A stretch of DNA of 64,000 bases from Kudoa neothunni (GCA_964304625.1 OZ199838.1:10423817-10487816), one strand, 5' to 3'. Positions 41,400 to 55,440 are shown, counted from the stretch's first letter. Notes: generated from the sequence alone by a model not told the origin. Program-made: numbers and translations.

Positions 41400-43380
41400 C
41401 AGTGATGGATCGGTCGTACGTAATCCCCTTGGGGATGAGGAAATTGTACGTACTACCGGTCCCGGCAGGATAGTACGCACTTCTTGCGCAAGCGCGCAAA
41501 CAATATTTAAACAAAAAATAACTATAACTTAAATATTAATGAAAAAACAATTTTTTGTTTAAAATTACGAGTTAAAATCAAATAAACATCTGGAATATAA
41601 TCAGACATTAACTCCCTCTTTTTTGAGCCATGATGTTTAACCCTCTAACGATCATAAAAACGACTTGACTCCAACGATCATTTGGGGGTCGGATCAACCC
41701 CACATTTTTATTTTATTTTTCTTCACTAAAAAATATTTTGTTTCGGTTTATAAAATATTTAAGAAATCTATCGTGGGAATTTAGAGTAAATTAAAGTTTA
41801 CTAACCCATTAATCTTCGATAATCCGTTAATGTACACATTCATACAACTTCGCTACATATCGTTAATATTACATACTAAGGAAACGGCGGCTATATTGTG
41901 AGTGGAGATTCATCTATACAAACTAATTTAATGATGCTAATTATAATAATGTTAGGGAAATTTTACTGAAATTAAAACAAACATAAAGGATAGCTTTATG
42001 ACTTTTTTCACTTAAAAAAATAACACATTCGGACGTTCAACCATAACATAACACTACCTACGTAATACATTATTCCTCGTGGTTTAATTTTTTTTAATTT
42101 TGCAACGATTAATGAAATGTCTAACTGACTGGTAGATGCAAAAATGGCGACCGCACAATCCGCAAATAACAACAACCATGCATTGATTTTACCCTCACCG
42201 TCGTATAGATTGTTGAGCGCGGCGGAGAATTCAAAAAAATATTTTTTGCGTTTATTCTTGATGTAGATCTTTTGATGAGATCCTAAACTAAGCCATATTG
42301 CCAATAAATGAATTATCGTATATGCCCATGTCGTCGTCATCAGTTTCTTGAGAGATCCTCAATTATAACATCCTCGTATTCACTACAAGAAGACTAATCG
42401 TTATGGAATAAAAAATTAAATTTAGAATCCACAGATATTATCCTGATGTTAAATTACTATTGAAAGAAAAAATATTTTATATTATCTAATGCAATCGATC
42501 GCCGAAATTATACATACACGAGCAATGTTTCGAATGTTCGATTAGGTTGCGTAAGATTAGTTCAAGGTTTAATTTGGATTTTCCTTAGAATTCTGTCGGT
42601 AAATTTTTTTAATATCTTACATAACAAATTTAATGAAATTTATGTATAAAATGATGAAATAAAAAGACGGGGTCGAATCGACCCCAAATGATCGTTGGAA
42701 GGTATCCTTCAAATTTTGGCTACATAAAAAAAACCTAAATTATCCAATTTTCCTCAGTTACATAGAAGAATATATTTATCAAGAACAGCTTGAATTCACG
42801 AACATTGGAACCAGGGAAGAAAAGTCATACGTTATTCAATTCTACTTTTGGGTCGATTCGACCTCAGTATCGTTAGAATGTTAAAATAATTGCCATGCCC
42901 TTCTAAATAAAATAAATCCCTCTCTGAAGGGCTCAATTTTTATCAATAAAACCATCATCCGTTTCTGAATTATTTGTGAGGTACTGTCATTGCGCCATTG
43001 TTATTTCTATGAATCAGAGAGGACATAATTACAAACCACACTACTATGTATCTACCCCGCGTGTCTATGTTTATTCTTCATTTTTCAACTAGCTCCCACA
43101 TTGATGTAACTATAAAACTTATTAATTGTTTAGCAGTGGTAAAAAAAGGAAGAAAACGCATAATTTAATCACGCGGGCAAAGCAATAAAGTACGCACGAC
43201 CGATCCTCACGTGACTTTATTTTTCGTTTATTGGTACTAATTATGCTTATAAATTATTTAAAGGGAGTAATAATAACATTAAATCGTTTGTTAAATCATT
43301 TTAAATACGAGAGCACCTTTTAATGTGTAAAATAACTAATATACGTACGAGCGGTGTTGCGTACGACAGGTCCGTTACTG
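41400..43380. mobile_element. Non-autonomous pogo/Tc1-mariner-type element
   Basis: TA-flanked imperfect TIRs CAGTGATGGATCGGTCGTACG / CGTACGACAGGTCCGTTACTG. The left 80 bp recur at 53972-54050. Confidence 0.7.
41641..42880 (-). mobile_element. piggyBac-like element nested in the pogo-type element
   Basis: TTAA at 41637-41640 and 42881-42884; ends CCCTCTAACGAT / ATCGTTAGAATG; palindromes at 41685, 42669 and 42849. Confidence 0.8.
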
Positions 43381-44040
43381 TATATCTTCTATCAATAATT
43401 ATCTATAGATTTTATAAAGATAAGAAATTATTTATCGTTGAAAACTTCGCAATATTTTATGTTATGTTATGTAAATATTTGATTATTCGGTATTATTCAA
43501 AATCCTCCCCAGATTTGGACGTTTCTCAAAGGTTAAAGTATGATATAATATACGATGAACAATGCATTTAAAAAGTGTGTAATTTTTGTCAGTCACGTGA
43601 TTTTTTGTGTTATTGAACAATTTTTAAAAGTATAATTACAAAAGTTTCAGGCATACAAGTATTGCAAAAATATTTTTTAATTACATATGATCTATTTATT
43701 GGAATCACAAAAAATTATAATTATTTGAAACCATTTACAGATTTTTTTATACAATATTTTTATCATCCATGAATAATACAAATTATGTACGAAGAGTTCT
43801 TAGATTTAGAAAACCAATAAAATTTTTTCTATATAAATTTATATTCAAGTTTATCGGACGTAAAAAAAGTTTTAACTTACATAAACAACTTAAAAAAATA
43901 ATAACTTTATTTTTTAGAGGCATCATAGAATAGTCACTACAAAATCAATTTTGAGAAAATTTGCTCATATTGGATGTTTATAATTTGTTAAAAAATCTCT
44001 TCTACAAAGTTGTAATTATCAAAGATTTATAACCATTTAA

Positions 44041-44289
44041 CCCTTAAAGGATAACCTTCAGTTCCATGCGCCCATCTTTATATTATTTTATTTATAAATT
44101 TTGTTGTTATGCATGTTATATTTTGTGTATATTCGTCAGAATTTCATCTACATTTTTAAAAAAGCATTATCTACCGACCGACATAATAAAATAAGTTAAT
44201 GGTTTGGCGAAATTACACAAATTATAACAGGTTTTACAACAAAATAATAGGGAGGTGGACGCGCGAATCCAATGGTTAGTCGTTAAGGG
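44041..44289. mobile_element. piggyBac-type MITE (249 bp)
   Basis: TTAA on both sides; TIR CCCTTAAAGGATAACC / GGTTAGTCGTTAAGGG. Confidence 0.7.
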
Positions 44290-46419
44290 TTAATAGATTA
44301 ATAGATAATACTCTTTTGAATTAAATTGAACAATTGTTCGTGACGTATAAAATCCCCAAACCTCGATAATATAATATCGAGGGTTTGGACCTGAATTGAG
44401 CATAAACAATTTAAAAATATGAAAATAAAAATTTCAATCGAACGAATTTGTAGAGAATAAAGTAGATCAATGTATATGACTTACACTTGATATTTGAATT
44501 TTTCACATTGTACTTAATTATTAACAAACAATATAATCTCATTATTGTGATATTTCTTGTATTTTTAAATGATTGCTAATGTTAAATTACAATCATAAAT
44601 TTTCTATTTAAATAATTTTAATTATTAATAACTGAGACCTTGATCGACTTAACAATTGATCTAATAAGCATCCTTTATATTTAATTGTAATTATGAGCAA
44701 TTATAACTAAAATTAAAAGAATATTCACACCATTTATTACATCTTATCTGAATATTTTAATTTAATTTTAAAATCTAAAAATAAAATTAATGTCTATCAA
44801 GTTTCAATTTAAGGTTTTGGGTCATTGTTGTCATAATCATTTATTAAGTATAGGATTATCAGATTAATATTTTTAAATATATTTGCGAAATATCTTGAAG
44901 ATATCAAGCAAATATCAATTGAAATTATTTCAAATTAACATATCTATAATAAAAAGTGGAACATAATCTTCACAATAATCTCGAATGGACTAGAAATATT
45001 TCAAAAGATTAATATATATCATTGGCAATACATATCAAAAGTAGAAGTCTGTTGATTCCGTCGCTTTACGAAGATTCATTTATTTATACCGATTATTCTT
45101 CAATAAATTAATGGAGCTGAAGACATTTAAATAACTATATTCATGTCAAATTAATGTTTGTTAGTCTTCGAATTTACGAGTATCTCATGATTTTCTTTTT
45201 AAATTCCTCATATTTATTTAATGAGATTATATGTATTATGTATACAATATTTTTAATAAATCAAAGATTATAATTTAGAAAAATGAATTTTTTTACTTGA
45301 AAAAATTGAATCATATTAAGTTTTCTTCGTGCCCATTCGGTATAAATTGTATCTATTTCCCTTGAGGTTTACGTCAGTAGTATTATACATTCCTATTATT
45401 TATGATTTCGTTGTAGAGTTGAAATCTATGAAAGATGAATGAATCTTCCAATATAGACTTATCTCAAGCAATAAGAGGAAATAATTATTCACTACAATGT
45501 CCTAATCTTCAATAGCGTGTAATCTTTGTGTGTTAGTTTGAATAAAAATATCTATACTAAATTTAAAAGTGTTGTAATAGGAGTCTTTGGAATAACAAAA
45601 ATATCATAACATTAAAATTTATCAAATAACAAAAAATTTCAATGAAAAGTATGCATTTCAACAACGCATAAATTCAGAACTCAGAACAGCGGGATTTGTG
45701 CTTATAGATGTACCCACCATGGATTAATCATTGTTGATCGAAGTTGTCGGCAAAATAATAAAAGATATAACATAAAAATTTTCACACATGATCTCTTGCA
45801 ATAAATAAATTTTATATTTTTTATATCAAATTTGAAGATATTCTGCAAATAAACAAAACAACAATAGAAATTGTGCTTACGAAGGATTTCTCGTAGATCG
45901 GGATTAGATTATCTTAGTACCAGATTAGACGTAGATAATCTCTCCCAATCATATAACATATTTGACAAATTTATCAAATAAATTAATACGGTAGAAGTTC
46001 ACTGTGTTAACTTTTTATCAGTCAGTGGGACCGTTGCGACTATTTTAGGCAATACGGCATTGACGAGTATATGCGAGTTGTCGGAAATTAATTGTTTATT
46101 AGTAATTTTGGTTGAAACATAAAACGTTTACAATGGCTTAAAAATAATAAAACCAATAAAATACAACTTTAAAGCACAATCTTTATCATTTGATAGTTGT
46201 TCTCACAACTTGAATATAATCCTCTCGTTTCAAAGTGAACGAAAGATTATTGCGTTTGTGTAGGGCCGAGTGAAGACAGATTGAAATTGAGTGTGTTAAT
46301 TGGGAATAAATCTTAATTTTTGATTTGAAATCTTGTTTTTGGCGTAGTAATTGACATATAAGCTTAGTTGTTATGACTTTGAAATGTATTGAGGTTGGCT
46401 TGGATTATATTTTGCATAA

Positions 46420-48588
46420 ATGGATTCGCAAGACGACACCAACCAATCAAACACAAGTACTACATCATCATAGATTGTTGTGTGAAGTATTACTCGACGC
46501 TCATATCTTTTAATCGTTAGAAAGAAAGTTAGAGTTTATGTTGAAAAAGAAGCAATTTGACAATGCTCCTCAAACGATGGAGTCCTTATTAGAGGAGAGG
46601 AGGGATCTATATCATCGACTTCAGTTGAGCAGAGATGAATTGGATTCGTACATACGTTATATGCATCGAATGTGTGATGAGAAGAGTCAGATAAGTGACG
46701 AGTTATCGATGCTTCAAACCAACAATGAAACATTAACACATAAATGTAAACGGCTAGAAAATCAAAACAAAGTATTTCAGAACACTTTCGATAAACCATT
46801 CCTATATTAATTTTTGTTATCTATTAAATTTATCCATCTCTTAATTTTGTGTGCAATTTCATATTTTTATTGGATTTAGTTGCTGGTGAAGGAGTCAAGC
46901 GATTTGATGAAAATGTTGGCCGACTTTGGGCCGAAAGAGTTGTACAACTATTCGAGAACCAACCCCAACACCGAGGAAGCCATCATCAAAAAGTTAAAAG
47001 AATCTCTTCAGGTTATATTTGACGAAAATGGGAAGCTGCACCAAGAGCAAGATTTGTTAAAAAATGAGTTGCGTCATGTCACTTCTGAATTTAATGAATC
47101 TCAGAAAAAAGTAAACGATTTAAACAAACAAGTCGATCATCTTGAGGAAAATGCCGCGGATAGACACTCCTACAAAGTGAAATGTGATTTCTTTAAATTT
47201 CTTTCCCTATTTTATCTGTCTGTTCATTACTAATATATTTACTGTAGATGAAAACTTGTTGAATGAGCATTCAAAGTGTGCCAAAATTGAATCAACTCCC
47301 AAAAAGTATTTAGATTATTCTCATCGAGAAAGTTGTGGTAATTTTTCATTTTAAATCCATATGAAAAATAACAATTAAATAATCACTTTCTACAGAAAAT
47401 AATGCCACAATTGATGGAAATGATCAATTTTATTCGATCGATTCTTCAACACCTCCTTCAAATACAGTGTTTCAGGCAGATGTCTCTTCAATCCTCAATT
47501 CCACATGTTGCAAAAGTTAGTCCGTTTATTTATATTTGTAGATTTGGATTGGTTGCATTCGTTGCTTTTAGATTCGTTTAATGTGGATATTTTTGATGAT
47601 TTCCCTTACAAACTTCGATCCTATGACGTTTATAGTGATTCGGATGCATTAAACTTGGAAGAGGGCTCCTTTTACAAATCTGCACTGGAGAAGGCTAGTC
47701 GAAACAACAGCAATTCAAATTATGAATCATGCGAACCATCTCAACTCACCACTACTAATAACAATAACAACACTAACAATAGTAGCACCACTACAGCAGA
47801 CAATATTCCAGTTTCCTCGTCGCGTCATTCACGTAACCCATCTGGGTCTGATAAAAATGTAATCATTCGTAATTATATTGTCGTTATGTTGAATTGGTTG
47901 TCGTTAGTTCTTGAAAGTACCGAGAAAAACTTCAACTCTCGATTCCACTATTGACGTGTTTGGGCTGATTGTATCCGTTCGAGAATTGCATCAAACCGTG
48001 AGATCACTTTTCAAATTGTTGGAAACTCTCGAAGAAGACCACCATCTAGAGGACGATGATGATGGAGGTTGCTCCGAAACTACCCAAAACGGTAAACTAA
48101 AAACCATTCCACTGCCCAACGTTGAAGAGTTGTTGAATGTCGATGAAATCAACTCACCAATCAAAGCATACGAAAATTTAAGCTGTTCCATCGAATCAAT
48201 AAAAAGAGAGTTGTCTCAAGTGTCACAATTGCTTGCCAAAATGAACTCTGAGGTAAACTTATTTTTATTTTTTCCAATTAAAAATAATGCGTATGTTTAG
48301 TTCACAGATGTGCGCGAAGAAAATGCTATGCTCGCCAAAGAGATCACTGCACTCAAATATGCTCTCACCTGCAGAATTGAGCTCAAAAACAGCCGCACTA
48401 CAGTGACAACACAACCCCAACAATGTAACTGTGATGAAAAAACTGCGGAATTCACACAAAAATGTTCACAATTCGAAGAAACAATATCTCAACTGAACGC
48501 CAAAATCGAGGAACTCACCGAAGAACGCTCCAACCTATTTAGTCTGATTACTCAAATTGCTAATTCCAGTGATAGTGGAAATGAATAG
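46420..48588 (+). CDS. Coiled-coil protein of unknown family (about 8 exons)
   Basis: Heptad-rich E/K/L/Q segments at both ends, a central Ser/Asn/Thr low-complexity region, and a stop-free GT-AG splice path. No family recognised. Confidence 0.75.
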
Positions 48589-48701
48589 CGATAATTGTTG
48601 ATGAAATTTTTTAATCTACACATCAAAAACTATCATAAAAATTTGTAGTGAATGTTTCTACTGCGATGTTTGTAACTAATTTTTATCTGAATTATTCTTT
48701 G

Positions 48702-48712
48702 TGCGCATGCGC
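48702..48712. promoter_or_regulatory. NRF1/Ewg-type palindrome upstream of WTAP
   Basis: TGCGCATGCGC about 170 bp upstream of the WTAP ATG, in otherwise AT-rich DNA. Confidence 0.35.
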
Positions 48713-48882
48713 GTCACATGCGAAACAACTGGTGGTAGCCGCTGTCAGAAGTGTTTTCTTGCTGCGGGTTATCTGAAGGTGAACACGTGTATTCATTATA
48801 TCTTAGAAGCTGTGTTGTGAGTGTTTGTCGCGGAATTTATACATTATAATGTGCTTTAATTAATAGCTAAAGTGAGTTAATT

Positions 48883-49931
48883 ATGGTCAAAAGTTCTAGC
48901 GACCAAGTTATTGTTGATGATGCTGCGTCCGACAGCACTAATATTTATAATCAACAGTCACTTTTTCAAAAGTAACTACTTAATATAGAATGAGCGTTTT
49001 TTACCGATATATAGAATTAATTTGTTACAAACAACAATAGCTGAGCTTCAAACAAGTAGTGCTTTGAATTCTATGGATTATTTAATTGAATTGTGTAATT
49101 AAATTATTTTAATAGGAGAAAAACAACTAAAAGATCAACACAATGAAACCGCCAAACGAGAAGCGTATCTTTTGACCAAATTAGCTCTTAAAGACAAAAA
49201 AATTCAGGAATTGTCTGTATGCGATAAATTCATTGATTTTTTGTAATGGTAGATGGAAAAATTCTTATTTTCGTGTATATCGATAGAAAAGCATTGAAAA
49301 ATTGAAAGCTACTGCTTGCGGCCCGGTCATCGACCATATTTATCAGTGTGTTAACACCTCCGGTAACGACAACGGCCCTTCAGATTCTACCACCTTTATC
49401 AACAACAAATTAAACGCGTGGGATTCTAACACCGATAAAACACTCTATCTCACTGACCCAGTAATCAACGTAATTTTTGAACAGCTTAAAGATGAACTCT
49501 GCTCAACACAAACTCAACTCGAAGACATTCGCATGGCCTACCAAATGATCTCATCTCAACAACCCTCTGATCAATTGTAAATTGATGTGGATGTTTGAAG
49601 TCAATGAATCTGTTTCTAGAGCCATCATAAAAAAACTCATAGCCAAATGCAGTTTGCTACAAAATGAAAACAAATATCTTGTCAGACAACTCACCGCTGG
49701 AAATCACTCACAACTCCAACAACAACTCGATCTCACCAACAAACTTAACTCAACTTTATTACGCAAACTTGAAGGTTCTACAGTAGTATTGGCTGCAACT
49801 TCGTGATGAGCTTTTTAGATGCTGAAAAAATTATTGCCATCCAAGATGATCAATTGAAAAAATTACATTCTCTTATGATGGCCAATCAACGTGTTTTGAA
49901 AGATTCGGACAATATCGATGCTTTAACTTAA
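48883..49931 (+). CDS. WTAP: WTAP / fl(2)d m6A methyltransferase complex subunit (6 exons)
   Basis: EKQLKDQHNETAKREAYLLTKLALKDKKIQE, DPVINVIFEQLKDEL and KKLIAKCSLLQNENKYLVRQL align to the WTAP motifs RRENILVMRLATKEQE, DPAINLFF and KKLMAKCRMLIQENQELGRQL. Confidence 0.88.
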
Positions 49932-50288
49932 CACAGCTATTTTGTCGTTTTATATTTTATCCTACTTTTTCAAACATAAGGCCAATCCGACTTATCCATG
50001 TCTCCATAGTTTTTAATCCAAACTTTGTAGCGACTTGGTTCTAATATTAAATGAAAATTAATTAACAAAAAACAGATATGCTTGGAAGTTCACACGTTAT
50101 TTCCTTGGAATTTAATTAAAACTGATATATTTAATACTTTAATGTTGTTATCTATCTGGTTAAATTTCGATTTAACCTCTCGATTTCCCCGATAGTATTT
50201 TTCAGACAAATTGCTTATTAAATTCTTCAATTTTTGATCGTTTATGCATATTGTGTGACCAAACATGAGCTTCAGTGTGGCTCTAACT

Positions 50289-50503
50289 CAGTGTTTCCCA
50301 ACCCTGTTGGTTCACGGACTTTCAATTAGCTAAGCAAACTGAATAAGAAACCTAAGTATATTAACAACGTATATTTATATTATTATTCTATAACTATGTT
50401 TTTATTATAGCCACGAATTTATAAGTGACTTATTTCTTAAAAGTAAAAGCCTTCTCACAGACCCCCTGAAATTAGTACCCAAGTCTTAGGTTGGGAAGCA
50501 CTG
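50289..50503. mobile_element. hAT MITE (215 bp)
   Basis: TIR CAGTGTTTCCCAACC / GGTTGGGAAGCACTG; TSD degenerate. Confidence 0.7.
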
Positions 50504-50843
50504 CTGTAGACCAGCGCTTTACACCTTGAGTCAACGTGGAAATTGTATGATTGAGCATGTTTCGTACATAATGTGTCGATTCGAAATGATAAGATTCTCT
50601 CTCGAAAATATATTATGTGCGATTAATGCGCATTCGAAATCGAGCTATGTCTGATAAGCGATTAGTAATTTGATGAATTTTCCTGAAAATTAATTCAGGC
50701 TTTCAACCTTCAATTTTCTATTTATTAATACATGAAATAGAAATAATAATTTATTTCCTTTTCATTCACAAATAAATAATTTCATGAAAATTATGACTAG
50801 TGCGTTATTAAATATTTTATTATTAATTTTTTCAAATTGACTA

Positions 50844-50882
50844 CAGTCGAACCCCGTTTATCCGAAAATCGCGCTATCCGAA
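50844..50882. mobile_element. Solo pogo/Tigger-like terminal repeat
   Basis: TA followed by CAGTCGAACCCCGTTTATCCGAA with an internal TATCCGAA repeat. Partner end not found. Confidence 0.45.
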
Positions 50883-51699
50883 TGATTTTTTAATGAAATT
50901 TTTTGAAATTATATAATATCCAATATTACCTAACTGATATTCATAAAAAAATTGGGCATATCTACCGTTTCAAGCTCACCTAAAGGCCAATCATTCTTAA
51001 TAAAATGTAAATTAATAATTAAAAATATAATATGTATCTAAATAAATTTTAACGGCTATTATTTGTTTCCGTTTGTAACAAATAATTCTCGAATGTTTGT
51101 TGCAACGATGTTCGGAGAAATTATAACATTAGTTCTTTATTTTTATATCAGAGAATCGAGCGCATAAAATACATCTTTTTTTCGTCATGGACGAGATACC
51201 GTATCCACGCATCCTTAGTTTTGCTATAATCGACGATAATTTTGGGTTTTTTTGTCTGACCTTTGCATAAATTAACATTGTTTAGAACGTAATAAATTAA
51301 ATAAACGCGTTGTTCTTTTTAGGAAAATTGAACTAAAAACCTCCCCCTACTTCCTAACTTTAAAAAGTAATGAGATATCCCCTTTATTACGTCGGCTAGT
51401 CTCTAGAAGGGTTAAACCTAGGTTAAGAGGTTTGTTTGCAAGCGGAGTCGAAGTGGAAAATTTATCACAAAAAATTTTTCTACTAGCCTTTCAAGTGCAA
51501 CAAGAGATCTAAAAGAACCTTTTCACTAACACATTTGGTAATCTGGTCATTTTTTCTTCCAAGAAAAACGAAAATATTATGTGTATAATTGGTATGAGGG
51601 TTAGTTAAAAGAAAAAATTTAACGACATAAACCGCAAGTTAGGTGGGAATATACTGCGTAATGGGACATCCGCCTTTCCATGAAACTAATTGTTCATCA

Positions 51700-52820
51700 A
51701 CAATAAGATCAGCAGGGGAAATTAGCCACATCGGCAAAGTACTTTTCTACCTGTTGAAAACCATGGCTACCGAGAAAAACTTATCAACTTCTCATCGCAA
51801 ACTCTTGTCTCGCAGTCATCAGAGTGTAAATTTCTGTCTATTTGGATGAATCTGTAAAGCGGCATGATTCTACGAAGTATATGATGTACTCTATTCAGGC
51901 TCTACAATTTCTTAAGAGACTACATTTTGGATTTAAAGATAGACGTATTGTAATTCTTTATTGAAAATAACATTAATTGTTTATAAAAACAATGATCACG
52001 AGGTGTTGTGTCGTTTAAGTGTGTGTCTTATTCAAGTGTAATTTAAAAAATACAACACGTATATTTAAGAATTCCTATGTATGGTTTATATTTCACTATA
52101 TTTAAATTTTCCATTTGCATCCGTAATGAAATCACCAAATTTATTAGTGTAAGTAATGATAGAATTGAAAAATTCATCACCCAACAAATAGAAAACCTGT
52201 CCTGTAAATTGCAAATTCGGTATGTTACAAATGCAATCAGACCTAGATGTTTGTTTAAGATGTTTTCTTACTTGATTTTTGTATTTGAAGGCACAACTGA
52301 AGACCATAACACATTGTTTTTGTCCCTATACGTGTTAGTGATGTCATAACCATCTGAGCTATCATCATGAGATGAAGATTAGCATTCTTCTATAATATCT
52401 TCAATTTTACTGGAATCAGAGCCGTAAATTGTTAGAAAACCATCATATAACTCTTCCATTCCTGTCGGTCGGCTACAATCGACATCTCTCGACCAATACC
52501 GGAAACATAAACCTTGATTTTTCTCGAAATTTAATGGATGTAACCCTTCGAGATTAAAACTTTTTATTTCTTATAATTTTATAAATGTTTTTGTGAAATT
52601 AAAACGTGGGATCCTCCTGGACCCCAAGACTGTTTGGTGTAAGTATTTGATATAAATCATAGGAAACAAATAATTACTAATGTTAACATTAAATTACGAA
52701 TATATAGAAACTTTTAAAAGAATAATGATTCGATCCAGCCAATTTAACGTTCTCGGTGAACAGTGAATTGACACTAAAGTCGGCCTGGGGTCCATTTGGA
52801 CCCCAAAAATGTTTGGAGAG
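51700..52820 (-). mobile_element. Truncated piggyBac element (left boundary approximate)
   Basis: End TGTTTGGAGAG followed by TTAA at 52821; palindromes at 52608 and 52787. Minus-strand remnants include an acidic N-terminus and FRRIMPLYRFIQIDRNLHSDD. Confidence 0.7.
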
Positions 52821-53318
52821 TTAAATGAAGCGATTGTTATTCAAATGACACTCATATAATAGAACTAATGCTAAAAATTTTACTCCGTTATGAAAAATAG
52901 AGTTTGTACAACTTAATATTAGATAAAGTTGTCAACAACTCTCATTATTGGACAGGGACAACACATGTTCAAGTCTATACTTGCGCGCGCGGCTTGATTA
53001 AATGGAATGCCAGAAAGCTACGCGTAAAGTGTATGTTGATACTACATTCCAAAATCGATAATGCCAGACGAACAGGCTTGTATCATAAAACGATTTCAAG
53101 TCTACATTTTGGCGCACAACTATATTCCCCATGCTATTAGCTGCAGAAACTCGCGTTTTTGCGATTATGATGTCGGTGTATGAACGGTATTCTCCAACAT
53201 ATGTACTCCTTCATCCCTTATTCAAAAATAGAAGCTAATATCATACTTAATCTTGATTTTTGATTAAGAAATGACTTCGCTGAGAAATTTGCCATAATTT
53301 TTTGGAATTTACTATATA

Positions 53319-53346
53319 CTAGCGAGAATTGCCCAGCGTTGCTTGG
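53319..53346 (-). mobile_element. Helitron-like 3' end
   Basis: Minus strand reads a GC-rich hairpin CCAAGCAACGCTGGG, a 9-nt spacer, then CTAG followed by T. 5' end not established. Confidence 0.45.
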
Positions 53347-53971
53347 TGAGGATTCCGCATAGGTACATTTCTTAATAACATTCGAGAAATATATTTAAGT
53401 TTTGGGTTCAACCATAGAAGTAGTATAACTAAAAAATTTTAAGCATCATACTTTCAACGGTTGAAATTCTGATCATTTCTGTGCAGGGATGTACTAATCC
53501 CGGCGTTCAATTAATAATTTCGTGACCGACCCGGCATCAACGCTAAATAATTTAAGGTCAGCGCCATATTTTTCTGCATTCCCAAATTATTTAAGCTACC
53601 TTAAAGTGTTATCTAAAATGTTATTTTTTTGACCCGTTAGTTTATCAGGGCCGAATTCTGGCCCAACTCAAAAAGTTTTTACCATGCTTTTCGGGGGAGG
53701 GGAAAAAAGATATAGAGATAGAGGAAAATTTACGTAAACTGATTTTTATTACTCAAATTAATATCTCTTGTCCCCCCATAGACTATAGTGCGCTCTTTCT
53801 CAAAAACATATACAAATAGCGTCAATATCAACTAAAATAATTTGAATAAACGGATGAAGTGAACATACAACCATCTGTATTGAATTTAATAACTGAGAGT
53901 TCTAAATAGCGGATGATTTCAATGAAATATACGTACACAGTGCGTGTATTTTAAATATTCATCTAATTATA

Positions 53972-54050
53972 CAGTCATGGATCAGTCGTACGTAATCCTC
54001 TTGAGGATGAGGAAATTGTACGTACTACCGGTCCCGGCCGGATAGAACGC
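53972..54050. repeat. Second copy of the terminal region of the 41400-43380 element
   Basis: TA followed by CAGTCATGGATCAGTCGTACGTAATCC...CCGGTCCCGG, close to identical with 41400-41480. Confidence 0.8.
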
Positions 54051-54715
54051 AGGGCGTCCAATGAGACTATCGGAAAAGATTCAAGGTCGCAAAGAAACCA
54101 TAATAATATTACTAAAATAACGAAAATTGTTATTTTAAACGCGTTTCCTAAATATTGTCGTCAATTGAATCGTCTTAATCATCTTCACAACTCTCATTTA
54201 AGAAGTTTGCTCTATTTTTCAAGCGCTCAAAGTATCGTTGACTCACATCATTTATTAGTTTATTTGTTGGATGCGACGTCAAACACGTATTATTATTTCT
54301 TTTGATCAACTGCTTTGCGAGAAGTTTACAGTTTCAGCCTTTAATGAGTTGGTTTATTTAGTTTTTACTGTGTTCATTAATGAAATAATACGCTCAACAT
54401 TTGCAATAACTGGAATTTCCATCCTTAACATCTTGGTCAAGTCAATATTTAAAATCTACTTTTAACCAATCTTGATTGGAGCACATGTTATCCAACGCTC
54501 TTTTTTGATCTCCGTTCGAAATTTCACGCATACTTTAAAATAATATATGTCAATAACTTCAGAATATGTTATTAAAAAACTAGAAAACTTTAGAGCAGCA
54601 TTGAAATATCAAAATACAATCACAGAATAATAAGAAAAATTGATTAAATAACAATTATCCAAGGATCGGAAAACAGCGCGTTGCCGACTACCGTGATATC
54701 TATTAAAATTTCGAA

Positions 54716-55114
54716 TAATTTTAATTCTCTCCATTACTAAAACAATAAAAATGATTATTATATCTAACTGTAAAACTTCTTATTGATAATTATAAGCCGT
54801 AATTTTTGATTAAAATCGAGATAATTCGTCGATTATTTTTCGTTTTATTATGGGGGAAAAAAGAAGACGAATTGACAATTATATAGCAGAATAAACAGAT
54901 TTAAATGAGGAAATAGACTCAAAAAATATACCAAAGTTTTTTAGCCTCAACCAACGGAAAATTCCACAGCAAGAGTTGTTGAAACATTCATCCCATAGAA
55001 ATGATAAAATGATAGATCATGGATTTTAGAGAATAAATAAATCAAAGTGCTCCGTATTGTCTAGTGTAGGCCAAGATTTGGTGCATATCCCGCTATCACC
55101 TACAGTTGTAGAAA
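54716..55114 (+). repeat. Dispersed direct repeat of about 400 bp, copy 1
   Basis: Colinear and roughly 90% identical by eye to 61486-61883. Confidence 0.9.
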
Positions 55115-55440
55115 ATTATTTAGTGAACTTAACTCCTCTTCACAACAGTATGAAAATTCCGCTATTACCCATGAATTCAAACTTAATTTTACTACGAAAG
55201 AGGTAAAAGCTAGAGGTAGACCCAAGGCAATGAATAATTATTTTGAATTTGATAAATAGCGTATTGATATCTATGTGATATGTTTGTAAAAAATATAATC
55301 ATGTTTTTTGAAACATCGCTGTGTGTTATTCGCTCTATAGCATACAAAACTAACGGAAATAAAATTAATCTTATAATCCTGGCTCACGCAGTGAAAAAAC
55401 AAACAAGTAAATGTTATTAATTGTTCTCAACATAGATATA

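Noticed and set aside
54020-54056. Twister ribozyme-like CCGGTCCC..CCGGATA (also at 41455-41475)
   Set aside because: It lacks the conserved CCCAAGC loop and the P1/P2 context, and it lies within a transposon terminal region where GGTCCC recurs.
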